From Auanema rhodensis (Eukaryota > Animalia > Nematoda): DNA of 64,000 nt. The translations under genes were made by a program, and so were the position numbers. Under the pieces are notes generated by a model that did no database searches, had not been told where the DNA came from, and saw only the letters and a list, made by a program, of their open reading frames with translations. Position 1 is the first letter of the stretch. Every line of letters starts with the position of its first letter. Positions 13,801 through 27,950 of the stretch are shown piece by piece. Location of the stretch: contig OZ059900.1 of NCBI GenBank assembly GCA_964057225.1, positions 1,550,001 to 1,614,000 of the forward strand, given 5' to 3'.

Positions 13801-16800
13801 ATTCGGTGAGATTCGAGGATCGAACACACAATACACGAAATATGTTTATTTTGACGAGTTTGCACTGATATTTATTCATTTTGATCAAAAAAGGTCGAAA
13901 ATAGAAAGAATTTTTGAAATTTCCGAGTTTTGAATCTAATTTGGCTAAATCGCTCATATACATGATCAGAAGCATAGTTTTATTGTCTATGACAACAAAA
14001 GTCATCAATTAAACGCTAGTGATGTTTAAATACTGATTTTCGCTCAAATAGCATTACTACACTAAGTATGGTCGTTTTTATGCCTTTAACACCATATACT
14101 CACCGATTTTTGGTACAAAATCTGTAATACTCGTAAATTTTGATCATATTCGTTAAGATTTGAAAATCAAACACACAATAAACAAAATCAGTCTATTTTT
14201 ATGAGCTTGCACTGATATATATTCATTTTGATCAAAAAAGGTCGAAAATAGAAAGAATTTTTGAAATTTACGAGTTTTGAATCTAATTTGGCTAAATCGC
14301 TCATATATATGATCAAAAGCATAGTTTTACTGTCTATGATAACAAAAGTCTTCAAATATACACTAATAATGATTAAATCACTGAATTTCACTCAAATAGC
14401 ATTACTACACTAAGTATGGTCGTTTTCATGCCTTTAACACCATATATTCACCGATTTTTGGTACAAAATCTGTAATACTTGTAAATTTTGATCATATTCG
14501 TTAAGATTCGAGAATCAAACACACAATACACGAAATAAGTTTATTTTTACGAGTTTGCACTGATATTTATTCATTTTGATCAAAAAAGGTCGAAAATAGA
14601 AAGAATTTTTGAAATTTCCGAGTTTTGAGTCTAATTTGGCTAAATCGCTCATATATATGATCAAAAGCATAGTTTTATTGTCTATGACAACAAAAGTCAT
14701 CAATTAAACGCTAGTGATGTTTAAATACTGAATTTCGCTCAAATAGCATTACTACACTAAGTATGGTCGTTTTTATGCCTTTAACACCATATACTCACCG
14801 ATTTTTGGTACAAAATCTGTAATACTCGTAAATTTTGATCATATTCGTTAAGATTTGAGAATCAAACACACAATAAACAAAATCAGTCTATTTTTATGAG
14901 CTTGCACTGATATATATTCATTTTGATCAAAAAAGGTCGAAAATAGAAAGAATTTTTGAATTTTCCGAGTTTTGAGTCCAATTGGGCTAAATCGCTCATA
15001 TATATGATCAAAAGCATAGTTTTATTGTCTATAACAACAAAAGTCATCAATTAAACGCTAGTGATGTTTAAATACTGAATTTCACTCAAATAGCATTACT
15101 ACACTAAGTATGGTCGTTTTTATGCCTTTAACACCATATACTCACCGATTTTTGGTACAAAATCTGTGATACTCGTAAATTTTGATCATATTCGGTGAGA
15201 TTCGAGGATCGAACACACAATACACGAAATATGTTTATTTTGACGAGTTTGCACTGATATTTATTCATTTTGATCAAAAAAGGTCGAAAATAGAAAGAAT
15301 TTTTGAAATTTCCGAGTTTTGAATCTAATTTGGCTAAATCGCTCATATACATGATCAAAAGCATAGTTTTACTGTCTATGATAACAAAAGTCTTCAAATA
15401 TACACTAATAATGATTAAATCACTGAATTTCACTCAAATAGCATTACTACACTAAGTATGGTCGTTTTCATGCCTTTAACACCATATACTCACCGATTTT
15501 TGGTACAAAATCTGTGATACTCGTAAATTTTGATCATATTTGGTGAGATTCGAGAATCAAACACACAATACACGAAATAAGTTTATTTTTACGAGTTTGC
15601 ACTGATATTTATTCATTTTGATCAAAAAAGGTCGAAAATAGAAAGAATTTTTGAAATTTCCGAGTTTTGAGTCTAATTTGGCTAAATCGCTCATATATAT
15701 GATCAAAAGCATAGTTTTATTGTCTATGACAACAAAAGTCATCAATTAAACGCTAGTGATGTTTAAATACTGAATTTCGCTCAAATAGCATTACTACACT
15801 AAGTATGGTCGTTTTTATGCCTTTAACACCATATACTCACCGATTTTTGGTACAAAATCTGTAATACTCGTAAATTTTGATCATATTCGGTGAGATTCGA
15901 GAATCAAACACACAATACACGAAATAAGTTTATTTTGACGAGTTTGCACTGATATTTATTCTTTTTGATCAAAAAAGGTCGAAAATAGAAAGAATTTTTG
16001 AATTTTCCGAGTTTTGAGTCCAATTGGGCTAAATCGCTCATATATATGATCAAAAGCATAGTTTTATTGTCTATAACAACAAAAGTCATCAATTAAACGC
16101 TAGTGATGTTTAAATACTGAATTTCACTCAAATAGCATTACTACACTAAGTATGGTCGTTTTTATGCCTTTAACACCATATACTCACCGATTTTTGGTAC
16201 AAAATCTGTGATACTCGTAAATTTTGATCATATTCGGTGAGATTCGAGAATCAAACACACAATACACGAAATAAGTTTATTTTGACGAGTTTGCACTGAT
16301 ATTTATTCTTTTTGATCAAAAAAGGTCGAAAATAGAAAGAATTTTTGAATTTTCCGAGTTTTGAGTCCAATTGGGCTAAATCGCTCATATATATGATCAA
16401 AAGCATAGTTTTATTGTCTATAACAACAAAAGTCATCAATTAAACGCTAGTGATGTTTAAATACTGAATTTCACTCAAATAGCATTACTACACTAAGTAT
16501 GGTCGTTTTTATGCCTTTAACACCATATACTCACCGATTTTTGGTACAAAATCTGTGATACTCGTAAATTTTGATCATATTCGGTGAGATTCGAGAATCA
16601 AACACACAATACACGAAATAAGTCTATTTTTATGAGCTTGCACTGATATATATTCATTTTGATCAAAAAAGGTCGAAAATAGAAAGAATTTTTGAAATTT
16701 ACGAGTTTTGAATCTAATTTGGCTAAATCGCTCATATATATGATCAAAAGCATAGTTTTATTGTCTATGACAACAAAAGTCATCAATTAAACGCTAGTGA

Positions 16801-18280
16801 TGTTTAAATACTTAATTTCGCTCAAATAGCATTACTACACTAAGTATGGTCGTTTTTATGCCTTTAACACCATATACTCACCGATTTTTGGTACAAAATC
16901 TGTGATACTCGTAAATTTTGATCATATTCGGTGAGATTCGAGAATCAAACACACAATACACGAAATAAGTTTATTTTGACGAGTTTGCACTGATATTTAT
17001 TCTTTTTGATCAAAAAAGGTCGAAAATAGAAAGAATTTTTGAAATTTCCGAGTTTTGAGTCTAATTTGGCTAAATCGCTCATATACATGATCAGAAGCAT
17101 AGTTTTATTGTCTATGACAACAAAAGTCATCAATTAAACGCTAGTGATGTTTAAATACTGATTTTCGCTCAAATAGCATTACTACACTAAGTATGGTCGT
17201 TTTTATGCCTTTAACACCATATACTCACCGATTTTTGGTACAAAATCTGTAATACTCGTAAATTTTGATCATATTCGTTAAGATTCGAGAATCAAACATA
17301 CAATACACAAAATCAGTCTATTTTTATGAGCTTGCACTGATATATATTCATTTTGATCAAAAAAGGTCGAAAATAGAAAGAATTTTTGAAATTTACGAGT
17401 TTTGAATCTAATTTGGCTAAATCGCTCATATATATGATCAAAAGCATAGTTTTACTGTCTATGATAACAAAAGTCTTCAAATATACACTAATAATGATTA
17501 AATCACTGAATTTCACTCAAATAGCATTACTACACTAAGTATGGTCGTTTTTATGCCTTTAACACCATATACTCACCGATTTTTGGTACAAAATCTGTAA
17601 TACTTGTAAATTTTGATCATATTCGTTAAGATTCGAGAATCAAACACACAATACACGAAATAAGTTTATTTTTACGAGTTTGCACTGATATTTATTCATT
17701 TTGATCAAAAAAGGTCGAAAATAGAAAGAATTTTTGAAATTTCCGAGTTTTGAGTCTAATTTGGCTAAATCGCTCATATACATGATCAGAAGCATAGTTT
17801 TATTGTCTATGACAACAAAAGTCATCAATTAAACGCTAGTGATGTTTAAATACTGATTTTCGCTCAAATAGCATTACTACACTAAGTATGGTCGTTTTTA
17901 TGCCTTTAACACCATACACTCACCGATTTTTGGTACAAAATCTGTAATACTCGTAATTTTTGATCATATTTGTTAAGATTTGAAAATCAAACACACAATA
18001 AACAAAATCAGTCTATTTTTATGAGTTTGCACTGATATATATTCATTTTGATCAAAAAAGGTCGAAAATAGAAAGAATTTTCGAATTTTCCGAGTTTTGA
18101 GTCTAATTTGGCTAAATCGCTCATATATATGATCAGAAGCATAGTTTTATTGTATATGACAACAAAAGTCATTAGGTAAACACTAATGATGTTTAAATCA
18201 CTAAATTTCGCTCAAATAGCATTACTACACTAAGTATGGTCGTTTTTATGCCTTTAACACCATATACTCACCGATTTTTG
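1960..18280. repeat. 24-monomer higher-order unit (8333 bp) followed by a rearranged 23-monomer copy
   Basis: Offset 8333 for ORFs 2363-6182 vs 10696-14515, then 7986 for 7571-9654 vs 15557-17640. Shared rare variants include AATTCTGAT, GTCATAAATT, AAATTGCTC, GTCAATGAC, GGTCATTT and GTCATTAGGT. Confidence 0.9.
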
Positions 18281-21200
18281 GTACAAAATCTGTAATACTT
18301 GTAAATTTTGATCATATTCGTTAAGATTCGAGAATCAAACAATCAAATACACGAAATAAGTCTATTTTTATGAGTTTGCACTGATATTTATTCATTTTGA
18401 TCAAAAAAGGTCGAAAATAGAAAGAATTTTTGAATTTTCCGAGTTTTGAGTCCAATTGGGCTAAATCGCTCATATATATGATCAAAAGCATAGTTTTACT
18501 GTCTATGATAACAAAAGTCTTCAAATATACATTAATGATGTGTAAATCACTGAATTTCACTCAAATAGCTTTACTACACTAAGTATGGTCGTTTTTATGC
18601 CTTTAACACCATATACTCACCGATTTTTGGTACAAAATCTGTAATACTCGTAAATTTTGATCATATTCGTTAAAATTTGAGAATCAAACATACAATACAC
18701 AAAATCAGTCTATTTTTATGAGCTTGCACTGATATATATTCATTTTGATCAAAAAAGGTCGAAAATAGAAAGAATTTTTGAAATTTCCGAGTTTTGAGTC
18801 TAATTTGGCTAAATCGCTCATATATATGATCAAAAGCATAGTTTTACTGTCTATGATAACAAAAGTCTTCAAATATACACTAATAATGTGTAAATCACTG
18901 AATTTCACTCAAATAGCTTTACTACACTAAGTATGGTCGTTTTTATGCCTTTAACACCATATACTCAACGATTTTTGGTACAAAATCTGTAATACTCGTA
19001 AATTTTGATCATATTCGTTAAGATTTGAGAATCAAACATACAATACACAAAATCAGTCTATTTTTATGAGCTTGCACTGATATATATTCATTTTGATCAA
19101 AAAAGGTCGAAAATAGAAAGAATTTTTGAAATTTCCGAGTTTTTAGTCTAATTTGGCTAAATCGCTCATATACATGATCAGAAGCATAGTTTTATTGTCT
19201 ATGACAACAAAAGTCTTCAAATATACACTAATAATGTGTAAATCACTGAATTTCACTCAAATAGCTTTACTACACTAAGTATGGTCGTTTTTATGCCTTT
19301 AACACCATATACTCAACGATTTTTGGTACAAAATCTGTGATACTCGTAAATTTTGATCATATTCGGTGAGATTCGAGAATCAAACATACAATACACAAAA
19401 TCAGTCTATTTTTATGAGCTTGCACTGATATATATTCATTTTGATCAAAAAAGGTCGAAAATAGAAAGAATTTTTGAAATTTACGAGTTTTGAGTCTAAT
19501 TTGGCTAAATCGCTCATATATATGATCAGAAGCATAGATTTATTGTCTATGATAACAAAAGTCTTCAAATATACACTAATAATGTGTAAATCACTGAATT
19601 TCACTCAAATAGCATTACTACACTAAGTATGGTCGTTTTCATGCCTTTAACACCATATACTCACCGATTTTTGGTACAAAATCTGTGATACTCGTAAATT
19701 TTGATCATATTCGGTGAGATTCGAGAATCAAACACACAATACACGAAATAAGTTTATTTTTACGAGTTTGCACTGATATTTATTCATTTTGATCAAAAAA
19801 GGTCGAAAATAGAAAGAATTTTTGAAATTTCCGAGTTTTGAGTCTAATTTGGCTAAATCGCTCATATATATGATCAAAAGCATAGTTTTACTGTCTATGA
19901 TAACAAAAGTCTTCAAATATACACTAATAATGTGTAAATCACTGAATTTCACTCAAATGCATTACTACACTAAGTATGGTCGTTTTTATGCCTTTAACAC
20001 CATATACTCACCGATTTTTGGTACAAAATCTGTAATACTTGTAAATTTTGATCATATTCGTTAAGATTCGAGAATCAAACACACAATACACGAAATAAGT
20101 TTATTTTTACGAGTTTGCACTGATATTTATTCATTTTGATCAAAAAAGGTCGAAAATAGAAAGAATTTTTGAAATTTCCGAGTTTTGAGTCTAATTTGGC
20201 TAAATCGCTCATATATATGATCAAAAGCATAGTTTTATTGTCTATGACAACAAAAGTCATCAATTAAACGCTAGTGATGTTTAAATACTGAATTTCGCTC
20301 AAATAGCATTACTACACTAAGTATGGTCGTTTTTATGCCTTTAACACCATATACTCACCGATTTTTGGTACAAAATCTGTAATACTCGTAAATTTTGATC
20401 ATATTCGTTAAGATTTGAGAATCAAACATACAATACACAAAATCAGTCTATTTTTATGAGCTTGCACTGATATATATTCATTTTGATCAAAAAAGGTCGA
20501 AAATAGAAAGAATTTTTGAATTTTCCGAGTTTTGAGTCCAATTGGGCTAAATCGCTCATATATATGATCAAAAGCATAGTTTTACTGTCTATGATAACAA
20601 AAGTCTTCAAATATACATTAATGATGTGTAAATCACTGAATTTCACTCAAATAGCTTTACTACACTAAGTATGGTCGTTTTTATGCCTTTAACACCATAT
20701 ACTCACCGATTTTTGGTACAAAATCTGTAATACTTGTAAATTTTGATCATATTCGTTAAGATTCGAGAATCAAACACACAATACACGAAATAAGTTTATT
20801 TTTATGAGCTTGCACTGATATATATTCATTTTGATCAAAAAAGGTCGAAAATAGAAAGAATTTTTGAAATTTCCGAGTTTTTAGTCTAATTTGGCTAAAT
20901 CGCTCATATATATGATCAAAAGCATAGTTTTACTGTCTATGATAACAAAAGTCTTCAAATATACACTAATAATGTGTAAATCACTGAATTTCACTCAAAT
21001 AGCTTTACTACACTAAGTATGGTCGTTTTTATGCCTTTAACACCATATACTCAACGATTTTTGGTACAAAATCTGTAATACTCGTAAATTTTGATCATAT
21101 TCGTTAAGATTTGAGAATCAAACATACAATACACAAAATCAGTCTATTTTTATGAGCTTGCACTGATATATATTCATTTTGATCAAAAAAGGTCGAAAAT

Positions 21201-24200
21201 AGAAAGAATTTTTGAAATTTCCGAGTTTTTAGTCTAATTTGGCTAAATCGCTCATATACATGATCAGAAGCATAGTTTTATTGTCTATGACAACAAAAGT
21301 CTTCAAATATACACTAATAATGTGTAAATCACTGAATTTCACTCAAATAGCTTTACTACACTAAGTATGGTCGTTTTTATGCCTTTAACACCATATACTC
21401 AACGATTTTTGGTACAAAATCTGTGATACTCGTAAATTTTGATCATATTCGGTGAGATTCGAGAATCAAACATACAATACACAAAATCAGTCTATTTTTA
21501 TGAGCTTGCACTGATATATATTCATTTTGATCAAAAAAGGTCGAAAATAGAAAGAATTTTTGAAATTTACGAGTTTTGAGTCTAATTTGGCTAAATCGCT
21601 CATATATATGATCAGAAGCATAGATTTATTGTCTATGATAACAAAAGTCTTCAAATATACACTAATAATGTGTAAATCACTGAATTTCACTCAAATAGCA
21701 TTACTACACTAAGTATGGTCGTTTTCATGCCTTTAACACCATATACTCACCGATTTTTGGTACAAAATCTGTGATACTCGTAAATTTTGATCATATTCGG
21801 TGAGATTCGAGAATCAAACACACAATACACGAAATAAGTTTATTTTTACGAGTTTGCACTGATATTTATTCATTTTGATCAAAAAAGGTCGAAAATAGAA
21901 AGAATTTTTGAAATTTCCGAGTTTTGAGTCTAATTTGGCTAAATCGCTCATATATATGATCAAAAGCATAGTTTTACTGTCTATGATAACAAAAGTCTTC
22001 AAATATACACTAATAATGTGTAAATCACTGAATTTCACTCAAATGCATTACTACACTAAGTATGGTCGTTTTTATGCCTTTAACACCATATACTCACCGA
22101 TTTTTGGTACAAAATCTGTAATACTTGTAAATTTTGATCATATTCGTTAAGATTCGAGAATCAAACACACAATACACGAAATAAGTTTATTTTTACGAGT
22201 TTGCACTGATATTTATTCATTTTGATCAAAAAAGGTCGAAAATAGAAAGAATTTTTGAATTTTCCGAGTTTTGAGTCCAATTGGGCTAAATCGCTCATAT
22301 ATATGATCAAAAGCATAGTTTTATTGTCTATGACAACAAAAGTCATCAATTAAACGCTAGTGATGTTTAAATACTGAATTTCGCTCAAATAGCATTACTA
22401 CACTAAGTATGGTCGTTTTTATGCCTTTAACACCATATACTCACCGATTTTTGGTACAAAATCTGTAATACTCGTAAATTTTGATCATATTCGTTAAGAT
22501 TTGAGAATCAAACATACAATACACAAAATCAGTCTATTTTTATGAGCTTGCACTGATATATATTCATTTTGATCAAAAAAGGTCGAAAATAGAAAGAATT
22601 TTTGAAATTTACGAGTTTTGAATCTAATTTGGCTAAATCGCTCATATATATGATCAAAAGCATAGTTTTACTGTCTATGATAACAAAAGTCTTCAAATAT
22701 ACACTAATAATGATTAAATCACTGAATTTCACTCAAATAGCATTACTACACTAAGTATGGTCGTTTTCATGCCTTTAACACCATATACTCACCGATTTTT
22801 GGTACAAAATCTGTGATACTCGTAAATTTTGATCATATTTGGTGAGATTCGAGAATCAAACACACAATACACGAAATAAGTTTATTTTTACGAGTTTGCA
22901 CTGATATTTATTCATTTTGATCAAAAAAGGTCGAAAATAGAAAGAATTTTTGAAATTTCCGAGTTTTGAGTCTAATTTGGCTAAATCGCTCATATATATG
23001 ATCAAAAGCATAGTTTTATTGTCTATGACAACAAAAGTCATCAATTAAACGCTAGTGATGTTTAAATACTGAATTTCGCTCAAATAGCATTACTACACTA
23101 AGTATGGTCGTTTTTATGCCTTTAACACCATATACTCACCGATTTTTGGTACAAAATCTGTGATACTCGTAAATTTTGATCATATTCGGTGAGATTCGAG
23201 GATCGAACACACAATACACGAAATAAGTTTATTTTGACGAGTTTGCACTGATATTTATTCTTTTTGATCAAAAAAGGTCGAAAATAGAAAGAATTTTTGA
23301 ATTTTCCGAGTTTTGAGTCCAATTGGGCTAAATCGCTCATATATATGATCAAAAGCATAGTTTTATTGTCTATAACAACAAAAGTCATCAATTAAACGCT
23401 AGTGATGTTTAAATACTGAATTTCACTCAAATAGCATTACTACACTAAGTATGGTCGTTTTTATGCCTTTAACACCATATACTCACCGATTTTTGGTACA
23501 AAATCTGTGATACTCGTAAATTTTGATCATATTCGGTGAGATTCGAGAATCAAACACACAATACACGAAATAAGTTTATTTTTACGAGTTTGCACTGATA
23601 TTTATTCATTTTGATCAAAAAAGGTCGAAAATAGAAAGAATTTTTGAAATTTCCGAGTTTTGAGTCTAATTTGGCTAAATCGCTCATATACATGATCAGA
23701 AGCATAGTTTTATTGTCTATGACAACAAAAGTCATCAATTAAACGCTAGTGATGTTTAAATACTGATTTTCGCTCAAATAGCATTACTACACTAAGTATG
23801 GTCGTTTTTATGCCTTTAACACCATATACTCACCGATTTTTGGTACAAAATCTGTAATACTCGTAAATTTTGATCATATTCGTTAAGATTTGAGAATCAA
23901 ACATACAATACACAAAATCAGTCTATTTTTATGAGCTTGCACTGATATATATTCATTTTGATCAAAAAAGGTCGAAAATAGAAAGAATTTTTGAAATTTA
24001 CGAGTTTTGAATCTAATTTGGCTAAATCGCTCATATATATGATCAAAAGCATAGTTTTACTGTCTATGATAACAAAAGTCTTCAAATATACACTAATAAT
24101 GATTAAATCACTGAATTTCACTCAAATAGCATTACTACACTAAGTATGGTCGTTTTTATGCCTTTAACACCATATACTCACCGATTTTTGGTACAAAATC

Positions 24201-25570
24201 TGTAATACTTGTAAATTTTGATCATATTCGTTAAGATTCGAGAATCAAACACACAATACACGAAATAAGTTTATTTTTACGAGTTTGCACTGATATTTAT
24301 TCATTTTGATCAAAAAAGGTCGAAAATAGAAAGAATTTTTGAAATTTCCGAGTTTTGAGTCTAATTTGGCTAAATCGCTCATATACATGATCAGAAGCAT
24401 AGTTTTATTGTCTATGACAACAAAAGTCATCAATTAAACGCTAGTGATGTTTAAATACTGATTTTCGCTCAAATAGCATTACTACACTAAGTATGGTCGT
24501 TTTTATGCCTTTAACACCATACACTCACCGATTTTTGGTACAAAATCTGTAATACTCGTAAATTTTGATCATATTCGTTAAGATTTGAAAATCAAACACA
24601 CAATAAACAAAATCAGTCTATTTTTATGAGTTTGCACTGATATATATTCATTTTGATCAAAAAAGGTCGAAAATAGAAAGAATTTTCGAATTTTCCGAGT
24701 TTTGAGTCTAATTTGGCTAAATCGCTCATATATATGATCAGAAGCATAGTTTTATTGTATATGACAACAAAAGTCATTAGGTAAACACTAATGATGTTTA
24801 AATCACTAAATTTCGCTCAAATAGCATTACTACACTAAGTATGGTCGTTTTTATGCCTTTAACACCATATACTCACCGATTTTTGGTACAAAATCTGTAA
24901 TACTTGTAAATTTTGATCATATTCGTTAAGATTCGAGAATCAAACAATCAAATACACGAAATAAGTCTATTTTTATGAGTTTGCACTGATATTTATTCAT
25001 TTTGATCAAAAAAGGTCGAAAATAGAAAGAATTTTTGAATTTTCCGAGTTTTGAGTCCAATTGGGCTAAATCGCTCATATATATGATCAAAAGCATAGTT
25101 TTACTGTCTATGATAACAAAAGTCTTCAAATATACATTAATGATGTGTAAATCACTGAATTTCACTCAAATAGCTTTACTACACTAAGTATGGTCGTTTT
25201 TATGCCTTTAACACCATATACTCACCGATTTTTGGTACAAAATCTGTAATACTCGTAAATTTTGATCATATTCGTTAAAATTTGAGAATCAAACATACAA
25301 TACACAAAATCAGTCTATTTTTATGAGCTTGCACTGATATATATTCATTTTGATCAAAAAAGGTCGAAAATAGAAAGCATTTTTGAAATTTCCGAGTTTT
25401 GAGTCTAATTTGGCTAAATCGCTCATATATATGATCAAAAGCATAGTTTTACTGTCTATGATAACAAAAGTCTTCAAATATACACTAATAATGTGTAAAT
25501 CACTGAATTTCACTCAAATAGCTTTACTACACTAAGTATGGTCGTTTTTATGCCTTTAACACCATATACT
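17030..25570. repeat. ~5-6 monomer block repeated at a 19-monomer distance (6605 bp): ~17030-18960 and ~23630-25570
   Basis: ORFs 17313/23918, 17640/24245, 18321/24926 and 18705/25310. Shared CCATACACTC, TTTTCGAATT and AATCAAACAATCAAA variants. Confidence 0.8.
18400..22260. repeat. 6-monomer tandem duplication (2086 bp), mirrored at ~48620-52480
   Basis: ORFs 19401/21487, 19728/21814 and 19822/21908. The variant GCATAGATTT occurs once per unit. Confidence 0.85.
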
Positions 25571-25759
25571 CACCGATTTTTGGTACAAAATCTGTAATAC
25601 TCGTAAATTTCGATCATATTCGTTAAGATTCGAGAATCAAACACACAATACACGAAATAAGTTTATTTTTACCAGTTTGCACTGATATTTATTCATTTTG
25701 ATCAAAAAAGGTCGAAAATAGAAAGAATTTTTGAATTTTCCGAGTTTTTAGTCTAATTT

Positions 25760-27950
25760 GGCTAAATCGCTCATATACATGATCAGAAGCATAGTTTTAT
25801 TGTATATGACAACAAAAGTCATTAGGTAAACACTAATGATGTTTAAATCACTAAATTTCGCTCAAATAGCATTACTACACTAAGTATGGTCGTTTTTATG
25901 CCTTTAACACCATATACTCACCGATTTTTGGTACAAAATCTGTAATACTTGTAAATTTTGATCATATTTGTTAAGATTTGAGAATCAAACATACAATACA
26001 CAAAATCAGTCTATTTTTATGAGCTTGCACTGATATATATTCATTTTGATCAAAAAAGGTCGAAAATAGAAAGCATTTTTGAAATTTCCGAGTTTTGAGT
26101 CTAATTTGGCTAAATCGCTCATATATATGATCAAAAGCATAGTTTTACTGTCTATGATAACAAAAGTCTTCAAATATACACTAATAATGTGTAAATCACT
26201 GAATTTCACTCAAATAGCTTTACTACACTAAGTATGGTCGTTTTTATGCCTTTAACACCATATACTCAACGATTTTTGGTACAAAATCTGTAATACTCGT
26301 AAATTTTGATCATATTCGTTAAGATTTGAGAATCAAACATACAATACACAAAATCAGTCTATTTTTATGAGCTTGCACTGATATATATTCATTTTGATCA
26401 AAAAAGGTCGAAAATAGAAAGAATTTTTGAAATTTCCGAGTTTTTAGTCTAATTTGGCTAAATCGCTCATATACATGATCAGAAGCATAGTTTTATTGTC
26501 TATGACAACAAAAGTCTTCAAATATACACTAATAATGTGTAAATCACTGAATTTCACTCAAATAGCTTTACTACACTAAGTATGGTCGTTTTTATGCCTT
26601 TAACACCATATACTCAACGATTTTTGGTACAAAATCTGTAATACTCGTAAATTTTGATCATATTCGTTAAGATTTGAGAATCAAACATACAATACACAAA
26701 ATCAGTCTATTTTTATGAGCTTGCACTGATATATATTCATTTTGATCAAAAAAGGTCGAAAATAGAAAGAATTTTTGAAATTTCCGAGTTTTGAGTCTAA
26801 TTTGGCTAAATCGCTCATATATATGATCAAAAGCATAGTTTTATTGTCTATGACAACAAAAGTCATCAATTAAACGCTAGTGATGTTTAAATACTGAATT
26901 TCGCTCAAATAGCATTACTACACTAAGTATGGTCGTTTTTATGCCTTTAACACCATATACTCACCGATTTTTGGTACAAAATCTGTGATACTCGTAAATT
27001 TTGATCATATTCGGTGAGATTCGAGGATCGAACACACAATACACGAAATGAGTTTATTTTGACGAGTTTGCACTGATATTTATTCATTTTGATCAAAAAA
27101 GTTCGAAAATAGAAAGAATTTTTGAAATTTCCGAGTTTTGAGTCTAATTTGGCTAAATCGCTCATATACATGATCAGAAGCATAGTTTTATTGTATATGA
27201 CAACAAAAGTCATTAGGTAAACACTAATGATGTTTAAATCACTAAATTTCGCTCAAATAGCATTACTACACTAAGTATGGTCGTTTTTATGCCTTTAACA
27301 CCATATACTCACCGATTTTTGGTACAAAATCTGTAATACTTGTAAATTTTGATCATATTCGTTAAGATTTGAGAATCAAACATACAATACACAAAATCAG
27401 TCTATTTTTATGAGCTTGCACTGATATATATTCATTTTGATCAAAAAAGGTCGAAAATAGAAAGCATTTTTGAAATTTCCGAGTTTTGAGTCTAATTTGG
27501 CTAAATCGCTCATATATATGATCAAAAGCATAGTTTTACTGTCTATGATAACAAAAGTCTTCAAATATACACTAATAATGTGTAAATCACTGAATTTCAC
27601 TCAAATAGCTTTACTACACTAAGTATGGTCGTTTTTATGCCTTTAACACCATATACTCAACGATTTTTGGTACAAAATCTGTAATACTCGTAAATTTTGA
27701 TCATATTCGTTAAGATTTGAGAATCAAACATACAATACACAAAATCAGTCTATTTTTATGAGCTTGCACTGATATATATTCATTTTGATCAAAAAAGGTC
27801 GAAAATAGAAAGAATTTTTGAAATTTCCGAGTTTTTAGTCTAATTTGGCTAAATCGCTCATATACATGATCAGAAGCATAGTTTTATTGTCTATGACAAC
27901 AAAAGTCTTCAAATATACACTAATAATGTGTAAATCACTGAATTTCACTC
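25760..27950. repeat. 4-monomer repeat (1391 bp); continues further in macro copy 2 (~55980-58800)
   Basis: ORFs 26006/27397, 56229/57620 and 57170/58561. Markers are AAAGCATTTT and AAATGAGTTT. Confidence 0.8.
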
